In this document: positions 9,996-18,273 of the stretch, in pieces | Layout of the letters: each line of letters begins with the position of its first letter | How positions within the stretch are numbered: the stretch's first letter is position 1 | NCBI GenBank assembly: GCA_964608665.1 | Contig: CAZSQJ010000012.1 | Span: 7,208 to 71,207 of the forward strand | Source: an uncultured Bacteroidales bacterium | GTDB taxonomy: Bacteria; Bacteroidota; Bacteroidia; Bacteroidales; CAIXZF01 | Length of the DNA stretch: 64,000 bases | Direction of reading: 5' to 3' | Made by a program: the position numbers and the translations under genes | The notes under the pieces: generated by a model | Database searches by the model: none | The model's input: only the letters and a program-made list of their open reading frames with translations | What the model was told of the DNA's origin: nothing

Positions 9996-11297
9996 TTATT
10001 CGCAAACATCCCCGGTGCCGTCACAGTCGGTGTCGGCCTGGTCGGGATTAAAGGTACCGGGACAGTTGTCAAAGGCATTCAGGATACCGTCTCCGTCCCT
10101 GTCCTGGTCACAGCTATCCCCTATGCCGTCATTGTCGCTGTCGGTCTGGTCAACATTGATGATATGCGGACAATTGTCGCAGAAATCGCCGATATTGTCG
10201 CCGTCTGAATCAGTCTGGTCAGGATCGTAAATCCACGGGCAGCCATCATCATTGTTTGGAATTCCGTCGCCGTCTATATCCGGATCATTGCCGTTGGAGA
10301 TGCCGTCTCCGTCAATATCATTGTCGCATGCATCCCCGAGCCCGTCGTTATCGGTGTCGCGCTGGTTGTAGTTTGCCGTTTGCGGACAATTGTCACAACT
10401 GTCGCCGATCATATCCAGGTCTGAATCGGTTTGGGAAGGATTTTCATAGTAGGGACAATTGTCGCAGGCATCACCAGTTCCGTCTTCGTCAGTATCTTCC
10501 TGGTTCACATTGGGTTTACCGGGGCAATTGTCGCAAGCGTTACCTCTTCCGTCATTGTCTGTGTCCTGCTGGTCAGGGTTGGCGGTGCAGGGGCAGTTAT
10601 CCTGCAGGTTGGAAACGCCATCGCCGTCAAGGTCATCCGAACTGAGCATAGCATGTGGCGTATGGAATTTCAGATAGCCCTGGATATTATCATTCATGGG
10701 AAGTGAATCATAAAGCGGTGCTGCATACCACGTCCCGTTGTAGGTTTCAAAATAATAGGCTGAATTGCTTGTATCCACATTCGTACACAGGGCCACTTCG
10801 GCAAGAAAGCCGTTGTATACATTCCATCCCATGATAATCTGCATGGAGTTGATCCCTGCGGTGAGTGAATCAAACAGGGATGCTGTTTCAGGGACAGCAA
10901 GTTCAGCAAGGATTGATGATTGGTGTTGGGGCAGGTACTGGGCAGCGATATCTGCATGGTTAGCAGCCTTGTATGCACTGAGTAGTCTGCAAAGAACGGC
11001 AAATGGTGTATTTTCAGTCAGGCTGTTCAAACTGCCGGTAAGATCATTCACCGGCCAGGCAGTGCCCTGGGGAGGGAAAGTTGCCAGTACCGTGTAAACC
11101 TGCAGGGTATCACAAACCGTATTCGCCGGATCATCCGTATACCCTTGCGGTCCGGTTATTGGAATGGTAAGATAAAAGGTACTCAGGGAAAAATCAGGAA
11201 ATGTATCAAGTCTTGCTTTAAAGACTGAATTCGACAACACCGGATGTATTAAAGCATAAAAGAAAGTTATTACCAGGATGAGATATCTGCTTTTCAT
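9996..11297 (-). CDS. Secreted thrombospondin type-3 repeat (Ca-binding) protein
   Basis: ORF 9996..11354. Start placed at M20 (MKSRYLILVITFFYALIHPVLSNS, ATG checked at 11295-11297), which removes the overlap with the upstream gene. The C-terminal ~220 aa (nt ~9999-10652) are back-to-back DxDxDGxxDxxDNCP motifs, e.g. DLDGDGVSNLQDNCP, DTDNDGRGNACDNCP, DTDEDGTGDACDNCP, DSDNDGIGDSCD. Confidence 0.85.
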   Translation of the reverse strand: MKSRYLILVITFFYALIHPVLSNSVFKARLDTFPDFSLSTFYLTIPITGPQGYTDDPANTVCDTLQVYTVLATFPPQGTAWPVNDLTGSLNSLTENTPFAVLCRLLSAYKAANHADIAAQYLPQHQSSILAELAVPETASLFDSLTAGINSMQIIMGWNVYNGFLAEVALCTNVDTSNSAYYFETYNGTWYAAPLYDSLPMNDNIQGYLKFHTPHAMLSSDDLDGDGVSNLQDNCPCTANPDQQDTDNDGRGNACDNCPGKPNVNQEDTDEDGTGDACDNCPYYENPSQTDSDLDMIGDSCDNCPQTANYNQRDTDNDGLGDACDNDIDGDGISNGNDPDIDGDGIPNNDDGCPWIYDPDQTDSDGDNIGDFCDNCPHIINVDQTDSDNDGIGDSCDQDRDGDGILNAFDNCPGTFNPDQADTDCDGTGDVCE

Positions 11298-11332
11298 GGG
11301 GAATAATCTGGGAGTTATTTTCATGATAAATA

Positions 11333-12553
11333 TTAAATAAAGGGATTTCCACATTTTTCCGGAATAATATTTCTTGATACCTTCTTGGTGATAAAGGAAA
11401 GCAACTTGACTTCACCCACAACATCCAGCTTCACACAATAATTTCCGGTTCCTTTCGGAGGATCTGCTGATCCGTAACATATTTGCAGATCAGGTACTGA
11501 CAGACTTCCAACCACCTGTGTCGAGGCACTAAAAGCAGCGCCAGACAGCACAGTCCCGCTGATTCCGCCACCTATTGAAGCTTGTGGTGACATTGAAAAG
11601 CATAATGGAGTTTCCTCGCATCCGGTTTCATATGTTGCGGCCACCCCGCTGCAGATACTGGATGAAATAGCGACATTGACTGAAGCAAGATAGGGTATGC
11701 CGAAAAAAGGGAAGTTGCATTCCAAAGAGCCACATGCCTGGGGGTTGAAAGAGATCTTGTAGTTTGCTTTCGTGCATACATCATTCGTGTTGCAGCATTT
11801 CATGCCGACGGCAGCAGATATATTATTTGAAACCGAAAATTCAGGTTCGCATGGAATAATTTCACTTGATTTGATAAACTTGAAAAGTTTTTCCAGAGCG
11901 TCTTCAATCTTTTCAATAAATTGCTGATCTAATGAAAGAATATCCGGCGGAAGTTGCACACCCACTTCATTTGTGATGTTTTCATCCACGGCAGTCAGAG
12001 AGATCTGGTAAATACCACTTCCGGCACAACCAAAGGAAGCATTATGAGTTGATATGTAACTCATTTGATTGTTTTCTTGAACAATTGAGGGTGGAAAGAA
12101 ACTCACAAGATGTTCAAAACCCGAAGGCGAAATCTCAAACATTTCGGGAGTAAGGGTTTCCCCGGTTTTATAGCAACATAGTTTTGGGGTGATACTGAAA
12201 TTCTCCGGAACACCAACCGTCACCGTCACCTGATCCGTAGCCGAATAGCTGAAATCTTCACCTGAAATATAGAGGGTATAGGTTGTTGTTACTGCCGGGG
12301 AAGCTGTCGGATTTGCACTAAACCAGTTATCCAGGCCGGTGGATGGTTCCCAATAGTAGCAATAACCTTCAACAGCTTTACTTCCAATCTGAACCGGGAT
12401 GGCGGTACCGTCGGGTTTCAGGCAGGTTGTTTTATCAGGACCTGCTTCATTCCCTGCATTTGCGGCACTGAGGAATAGCATCAGTGACAAAAGCGGTATT
12501 GACGAAATAAGATAGCGGAATGTGCTTTTCTGTTTCATTTCAATAAGGGTCAT
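11333..12553 (-). CDS. Secreted Cys-rich hypothetical protein
   Basis: 406-aa ORF starting 3 nt after the stop of the upstream gene. Signal-like IPLLSLMLFLSAANAG. Ig-like N-terminal part (AGPDKTTC...TTTYTLYISG...VTVTV). The C-terminal half is rich in Cys (MKCCNTNDVCTKANYKISFNPQACGSLEC...). No family recognised. Confidence 0.6.
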   Translation of the reverse strand: MTLIEMKQKSTFRYLISSIPLLSLMLFLSAANAGNEAGPDKTTCLKPDGTAIPVQIGSKAVEGYCYYWEPSTGLDNWFSANPTASPAVTTTYTLYISGEDFSYSATDQVTVTVGVPENFSITPKLCCYKTGETLTPEMFEISPSGFEHLVSFFPPSIVQENNQMSYISTHNASFGCAGSGIYQISLTAVDENITNEVGVQLPPDILSLDQQFIEKIEDALEKLFKFIKSSEIIPCEPEFSVSNNISAAVGMKCCNTNDVCTKANYKISFNPQACGSLECNFPFFGIPYLASVNVAISSSICSGVAATYETGCEETPLCFSMSPQASIGGGISGTVLSGAAFSASTQVVGSLSVPDLQICYGSADPPKGTGNYCVKLDVVGEVKLLSFITKKVSRNIIPEKCGNPFI

Positions 12554-12556
12554 AAA

Positions 12557-15500
12557 TTAATACTTTGGGATTTGTATTGAAAAGCCAAGGCCTTTGGAAG
12601 CTTTTGAGAATACGGTCACCGAGCCGCTCACGCCCGGCCTGAGGATACCGGGAGGCCCTCCGGTTTCCCTGAGTTCTATCAAAAGATGATAGAGATCCTG
12701 TTCAAGCCCTGAAAGATTGAAGGCAACGGGTGCACCGGCCACACTTTTCAGGATGAGGTTGGGCAGGTCGAGGTTGGCGGTGCCGCTGTTGGCATATTCA
12801 ATGATGATGGGAACGATCCCGTTGGGACGTGCGTTCGGTGGCTGGTACACATTGACATCGAGGCTTGGATACAGTCCCTGTACCACCCTGAACCCGTCTT
12901 TCAGCAATGCCAGCCCCCCGCATTGCTTGTCGCCGGCCACATCGTACAGTCCTAATTCCCTGGCTTCAAGGTCAAATGTGACATAGACCCTGGAACTGTT
13001 CACAAAGACCAGGTCGTAGCCGAAAACTTTTTCTTCGTTCCTGTGCAGGAACACAGACATGCCGGGTGTAAATTTCGAACCCGTGATCTGAACCGTGATC
13101 TTTCCTGTGTTACCGCCGGTATTGGCATGGATGCCGAGAATCTCGAATTCAAGTATCCTGGCAAAAAGCTGGATATCCTGTTCGGTACGGTCGGGATGCT
13201 TTCCATATACCAACACATAATACGTACCCGGAACCAGTGAAGGAACGATGATATCCTGGTTACCGGAAGCCGCTTCAGTGAAGGCGTAATCAAAACTGCT
13301 CCTGGTGGGGACACTGCCATGCTTAAGATATAACTCATTGATCCCGAAGACAGAGTCCCCCTTTAGCCTGACCAGCATGCTTTCTTCGGCAAGTTCGGCC
13401 GGAATCTCAATCCGGTAATAAAGGGGGATGTCGTTCACCAGGATATCCGGGGTCCAGGTATCAAAGGGCAGTTCAGGTACGGTCACCAGGGTTTTTTCGG
13501 CAGAAGCCCCGTGATTGTTGGATTCATTGCTTTCAAAAATATTATTGAGAACATCAGTCCTGACGATCACATGCCATTGACCCACCGAAACATCATTCAG
13601 GACAGCCGTGGCTGATCTGCCGAGCGCCGTCTGCGGTCCAAGACTCACCGGTCCCGTGATGCTGGTGAACAGGATATCCCCGATATCCCAGACATCGTCA
13701 GTGGAAAAATAAACCAGTTCTGTCATGTTCCCTGACACTGGGAAAGTTCCCTGGTTTTGCAGGGTCCAGTAAATGGTACATGACCCTCCGGCCATCACTG
13801 TATCGGGTACGATCACCTGGGTTGCCACCAGATCGGCAGGAGGGGGTTGCTGCAGGAATACAAGTTTTGGTTTCAGGTTATTGTCTTCCAGACCGTGTTC
13901 ATAAACCAGGTTATTGGCATCCGTTTTTATAAAGAGGATGTAATTTCCGCCGGGCCAGTTGGGCATGGTGACCGAAAGACTGTCGGTATAGGATTCACCC
14001 GGGGCCAGCGATCCGTAATGGGCTTTGGCTCCGATTGAAAATGTGTTCGGATTGAAATTCATGCTTGACGAGAGGTAAAAGCGGTCTGTCCAGGAAGCCG
14101 GAGTCGTAACTCCGCTGCCCTTGTTTTCCACCGTATAACGGAGCATGAAGGGCTGACCAGTGAGTGCAGTGCCGGAAGCCTCAAGACTGGTCACCACCAG
14201 GTCGGGGGGAGGGGTGAGCGTGATGGTAACAGGCTGCGGAGTTCCGTTTTCGTCCCGGACCAGGCCGGAATTATTGGAGAAATCAGCGTCCTGGTTGACG
14301 TTGTTCCTGTCAGCCACCATAATCAGGTAATAGGTGCCGGAAATGCCATTGGGAATGATGAAGTCCCTGGTGGATGTATAGCCTGCATTTGCCTCGAGGC
14401 TGCCGTATCGCGTTGTAAAGCCGGTTTCAATATCGGCGGACGGATTCCAGACGGTATCGGAAGAAAGGTATAGATTATCATGCCAGTAGGTGGGAATGGT
14501 TAGCACGCTGGAAGCATTCAGCACACTCCATGTTACCGGAATGCTGCTTCCGCTGTTTGCGGAGAAAGGAGCGTTCATCTGGGTCAGTTGCAAATCGACG
14601 GGAGGATAGGGTTTGACGAAGAATGCCGGACTGTAGGCGGTATTGTTGGCGTCCTGTCCGTGTTCGTAAATCGTATTGTCGATGTCTGTTCTGACCATCA
14701 GGTAATAAGGCTGGCTGATCAGGGAATAAGGAAGGATTACCTGGGTAGTGACTGTATAGGATGAATCTGGTGCAAGGGTATCGTAAATCTGGATTGTTTT
14801 CAGCGTATAGGCCGCAGCAAATGGGCTTGTGCTTGCAGTAACCAGCACCTGGTCACGCCAGGCATACACCAGGTTTGTGCCTGGTCCGCTGTTCTTAACC
14901 GTCCAGGTGACCGTCAGCGGAAATCCTGCTTCGGCTGTGTCCAGCGAAGGGAATACCTCAAGCACATGCAGGTCGCACCAGGGAGTCAGCATAACGGGTA
15001 TTGCTGCCTGGCCCTGTCCGGTATTGTTGTTTTCAAAGGTATGTTCAAAGATGTTGTTGCTTATGTCGGTAAAAACAAATACGTAGTAATCGCCACTGAT
15101 CCCTTCGGGCAGTATCCCCTGCATCACGGCTGAAATACTGTCGCCGGGATTCAGCACCTGGTTATTAAAGTTTTTACTTGTCAGTAAATACGATGCGTTA
15201 GCATTGAATACCGGGAACTGACTGAGATAAAGCCGGTCGGTCCAGGTTCCGGTTGCCTTACCCGGACCCTCATTTATAATGGTATAAGCGACATTGACCG
15301 GCTGACCTGAATTCCCCGAAGGTGGAGGGATGACATTCCTGACCTGCAGGTCGGGTGAGTTGACCAGGCAGGCGTTGCCGCGCAGGATGTTATTTTCTTC
15401 CTGATCATATTCAAAAACCTGCATACTTCCATCGGAAAAGACATAGTAAAATGCATCCCCGTTAATTTTCGGAATGATCACATTGGTTAGTGTGGTATAG

Positions 15501-17488
15501 CTTTCTCCGGGAGGCAGTGACTGGTACCTGGGCACTTCTTTCAACAGATAGGCGCTGCTGCCCTGGAAAACGGGGGAGGGACTGATGTATATTCTGTCGA
15601 CCCATCCGCCGGCAGCAGGATTAATGCCTTGGTTTTCAACTGTGAAGCTGACGGTAACCGTTTCACCGTTACTGACATTGCCCGGGCCGCTGACGCCGGT
15701 TACCACCAGGTCGGGTGGCGGTGTCAGGAAAACAGTGAGTGAATCGCTTCTGAGTCTGTTGTTGTTTTCCTGGGCATGTTCATATACAGTATTATAAGCA
15801 TCGGTGAATGCGAAAAGGTAAAACCGGCCCTGGATGTAATCGGGTATGGTAACCTGCTGTGTTTTGGTATATGTACTGTCGGGGGCAAGGATACCCTGGT
15901 GTGTGAAAGTAGCAAGCAGCTGTGCGGAAGCCGTGAAAATCGTGTCCGGGGATAGATAAATCCTGTCCGTCCATATTCCTGATGGGGTGATGGCTTGTCC
16001 GGCATTGCGCACAGTCCAGGTTACGGGAAGCGGATTACCGGAAAAAATATTGGACGGGATCACCAGGCTGGTCACCTGTAAATCGGGTGTCGGGGATAAG
16101 GTGACCAGGATGCTGTCCTGGCTCTTTCCCAGGTTATCAGATTCGCTGGTTTCGCGTAACTGCGACTGATAGTCTGTCAGGACGAATACATGGTGGTAGC
16201 CGGAGATTCCCTGCGGCAGGTTGAAAGTCACATTTCTCTGGTAACTGATACCGGGAGCAAGGGCTGAAAGATTCGGAAAAATACCGGCAAAGTAGTCAAA
16301 TGATGTATTAAATTCATCATCAGCAGAGAGATAGACTGCATCGTACCAGGTGGATGAAAGGCTGGAACCCTGTCCGTTGTTTCTGACCTGCCAGCTGACA
16401 CTGACCGGCTGGTTACTGAATCCGCTGAGCGGAACTCCGGTATTTTCAACGATCAGGTTTGGCAGATGTCTGATAATAAATGAACTGACCGGTCCGGCCG
16501 TAATGTAGCAGGGATTTTTAGAAACCACCCGCCAGTTGTAAACCTGGCCAAATTCAAGCCCTCCCGAAATGAGGTAACTGATGGAAGCAATATTGGAAGC
16601 GTAGGCCTGGGTGGGTTCATTCATGCCTGATTTCCATAAATATATATCGTAGGCTGCTGTATTCGAAGCAGGATTCCAGGAAAGCAGGAAGGGGAAATTC
16701 AATCCGCCCGTACTGTCTGATGGAATCATGCTGGTAACGGCACCGGGAAAGGAGGGAAGATAGACTTTCAATTCAAAACTTTCTGTAATGGTATCCATTC
16801 CGTCATACGCTACAAGGTTATAAACAGTTGTTACTGTGGGGTTTACCTGGATGTTCTGATTTGTGGAGAAAAACCCCGGCGGATCTGACGTCCACTGGTA
16901 CTGGATAGTGCCGTATCCTCCGGTCAGTGCGGACTGGATTTGTACATTGGTTCCTTCACAGATAATGGTATCCGTGGCAGTGATCGTTGCCTGAAGCTTC
17001 CGGCTGACAAGGCCGTCGGTGAAAACGGGTCCCTGGGCGACGGCTTGTCCCAGGGGATCGGTCACCAATGAACCGGAAGCAATAAAATCAAGCAGACTCA
17101 CTCCGCTGTGGTAAATGAACCTGAGTTCGGCAATCTTTCCATCTGGAAGCGATACGCCATTCCCGTTCACCCAGGCAATCCCAAGGCGGTTACCGTTATT
17201 GTAAACAGTCAGGATTCCACCGGCCAGTGTCGTATCAACACCGATGATGCTTCCCCACCCGAGCACCAGCGGATCATATTCAATGAATAAATTAAAGGAC
17301 CCGATGTTTTGGAAATTTGTAATATTCAGGGGTACAGAAACACTGTCACCGGGCAGGGCAGATACATGGGAGAGGCTGAATCCTGTCGCCTGCGCACGCA
17401 TCATTATTGCAGCAGGCAGGATGAGTGCTGCAAGGCTTAAGTGCCGGAACCATTTCTTGCATTGATAAAGGGTAAGCGGATATTGCAT
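12557..17488 (-). CDS. Very large extracellular protein: cohesin-like N-terminal domain, Ig/Fn3-like domains, 8 CARDB repeats, PPC-like and further beta-sandwich domains
   Basis: 1643-aa ORF. Signal-like LSLAALILPAAIMMRAQA. Cohesin-like FSLSHVSALPGDSVSVPLNITNFQNIGSFNLFIEYDPLVLGW...GKIAELRFIY (nt ~16994-17389). Eight ~125-aa repeats. No T9SS C-terminal domain (ends ...GFSIQIPKY). Confidence 0.85.
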   Translation of the reverse strand: MQYPLTLYQCKKWFRHLSLAALILPAAIMMRAQATGFSLSHVSALPGDSVSVPLNITNFQNIGSFNLFIEYDPLVLGWGSIIGVDTTLAGGILTVYNNGNRLGIAWVNGNGVSLPDGKIAELRFIYHSGVSLLDFIASGSLVTDPLGQAVAQGPVFTDGLVSRKLQATITATDTIICEGTNVQIQSALTGGYGTIQYQWTSDPPGFFSTNQNIQVNPTVTTVYNLVAYDGMDTITESFELKVYLPSFPGAVTSMIPSDSTGGLNFPFLLSWNPASNTAAYDIYLWKSGMNEPTQAYASNIASISYLISGGLEFGQVYNWRVVSKNPCYITAGPVSSFIIRHLPNLIVENTGVPLSGFSNQPVSVSWQVRNNGQGSSLSSTWYDAVYLSADDEFNTSFDYFAGIFPNLSALAPGISYQRNVTFNLPQGISGYHHVFVLTDYQSQLRETSESDNLGKSQDSILVTLSPTPDLQVTSLVIPSNIFSGNPLPVTWTVRNAGQAITPSGIWTDRIYLSPDTIFTASAQLLATFTHQGILAPDSTYTKTQQVTIPDYIQGRFYLFAFTDAYNTVYEHAQENNNRLRSDSLTVFLTPPPDLVVTGVSGPGNVSNGETVTVSFTVENQGINPAAGGWVDRIYISPSPVFQGSSAYLLKEVPRYQSLPPGESYTTLTNVIIPKINGDAFYYVFSDGSMQVFEYDQEENNILRGNACLVNSPDLQVRNVIPPPSGNSGQPVNVAYTIINEGPGKATGTWTDRLYLSQFPVFNANASYLLTSKNFNNQVLNPGDSISAVMQGILPEGISGDYYVFVFTDISNNIFEHTFENNNTGQGQAAIPVMLTPWCDLHVLEVFPSLDTAEAGFPLTVTWTVKNSGPGTNLVYAWRDQVLVTASTSPFAAAYTLKTIQIYDTLAPDSSYTVTTQVILPYSLISQPYYLMVRTDIDNTIYEHGQDANNTAYSPAFFVKPYPPVDLQLTQMNAPFSANSGSSIPVTWSVLNASSVLTIPTYWHDNLYLSSDTVWNPSADIETGFTTRYGSLEANAGYTSTRDFIIPNGISGTYYLIMVADRNNVNQDADFSNNSGLVRDENGTPQPVTITLTPPPDLVVTSLEASGTALTGQPFMLRYTVENKGSGVTTPASWTDRFYLSSSMNFNPNTFSIGAKAHYGSLAPGESYTDSLSVTMPNWPGGNYILFIKTDANNLVYEHGLEDNNLKPKLVFLQQPPPADLVATQVIVPDTVMAGGSCTIYWTLQNQGTFPVSGNMTELVYFSTDDVWDIGDILFTSITGPVSLGPQTALGRSATAVLNDVSVGQWHVIVRTDVLNNIFESNESNNHGASAEKTLVTVPELPFDTWTPDILVNDIPLYYRIEIPAELAEESMLVRLKGDSVFGINELYLKHGSVPTRSSFDYAFTEAASGNQDIIVPSLVPGTYYVLVYGKHPDRTEQDIQLFARILEFEILGIHANTGGNTGKITVQITGSKFTPGMSVFLHRNEEKVFGYDLVFVNSSRVYVTFDLEARELGLYDVAGDKQCGGLALLKDGFRVVQGLYPSLDVNVYQPPNARPNGIVPIIIEYANSGTANLDLPNLILKSVAGAPVAFNLSGLEQDLYHLLIELRETGGPPGILRPGVSGSVTVFSKASKGLGFSIQIPKY
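13478..16465 (-). repeat. Array of 8 CARDB-type repeats (period ~125 aa / ~375 nt)
   Basis: Repeat starts at aa 342, 468, 592, 712, 839, 964, 1095 and 1218. Each has PDL(Q/V)V...G.P..V.(W/F)TV.N.G...W.D..YLS.D..F......... and ends with an E.NN-type motif (YEHAQENNN, FEYDQEENN, FEHTFENNN, YEHGQDANN, YEHGLEDNN, FESNESNN). Confidence 0.75.
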
Positions 17489-17565
17489 AGGCCGGTTGGT
17501 ATGATATTATTCTCATAGGACTGACAAATACACAAATACTTGCATATGACAGGTGCAAGCATGTT

Positions 17566-17600
17566 GAAAAACAACAAGACCGGAAGGTGGGTTTTCCGGC
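17566..17600 (-). terminator. Rho-independent terminator candidate downstream of the MORN-variant gene
   Basis: On the minus strand, CCGGAA-AACCCACC-TTCCGG hairpin (17580-17599) followed by a T-rich tail (cttgttgttttt). Confidence 0.45.
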
Positions 17601-17664
17601 AAGTTGTTAATTAGCTGTTAATTAATATTGGGAAGATGCCTTAGCGGCAGATGGGTTTAGCGGT

Positions 17665-18216
17665 TCATTCCGGCTTGCTGTCAAGCTTGTTCCCCTTCTC
17701 ATCCCAGTAGTTCCAAACCCCGCTTTCGATTCCTTCGGTGTAATTGCCTTCGGCTTTTTTCTGCCCGTTGGGATGATAATAGATCCAAAGCCCGGTTTCG
17801 CGGCAGTTATCATAGACCCCTTCGCTTTCTTTCTGCCCGTTTTCGTAATAGTGTAACGCCCTGCCGAATTTGTAGTCGTCGAGATAGGTTTCCTCGGATT
17901 TAACCGAACCGTCTTCATAATAATGGATGACCTTGCCGTTGAATTTACCCGCCCTGAACGTGATCTCCGACATTTTTTTTCCGTTCTCGTACCATGCTGT
18001 TTCCACGCCTTCCACAAGACCGTTCACGTATGGCGTTTCGAACATGGGCTGTCCACCGGCATACCTGACCATACAGGTACCGGTGAAAGGTTCGGTTTGT
18101 CCTTCCAGGTATTTCAATTTGTTCCTCTCGACCAGTTTGTCGCAGATAACGGGGGATGTGGCATGGGCCATCAACAAATACAGGAATGAGAGTGCAAAAA
18201 CAATGAACTTCTTCAT
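17665..18216 (-). CDS. MORN-repeat-variant (YwqK-like) secreted protein
   Basis: 183 aa. Signal peptide MKKFIVFALSFLYLLMAHA. Repeated Y..G....E....G...G....Y..NG units (WYENGKKMSEITFRAGKFNGKVIHYYEDGSVKSE..., HYYENGQKESEGVY, IYYHPNGQKKAEGNY). Confidence 0.75.
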   Translation of the reverse strand: MKKFIVFALSFLYLLMAHATSPVICDKLVERNKLKYLEGQTEPFTGTCMVRYAGGQPMFETPYVNGLVEGVETAWYENGKKMSEITFRAGKFNGKVIHYYEDGSVKSEETYLDDYKFGRALHYYENGQKESEGVYDNCRETGLWIYYHPNGQKKAEGNYTEGIESGVWNYWDEKGNKLDSKPE

Positions 18217-18273
18217 ACGTTTATATGTGCATAATTACGGCCTGCAAAGATAGACAATACTTGCGTTGTATTG

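Noticed and set aside
10256-10645. Arg/Cys-rich 129-aa plus-strand ORF and neighbouring ORFs at 10015-10706
   Set aside because: These are antisense or alternate-frame readings of the highly repetitive GAY/GGN-rich thrombospondin-3 repeat DNA, and so a low-complexity artefact.
17622-18017. 131-aa Lys/Arg-rich ORF in another frame of the MORN-variant gene
   Set aside because: It is an alternate frame on the same strand as a gene with a clear signal peptide and repeat structure, and its low-complexity basic composition points to an artefact.
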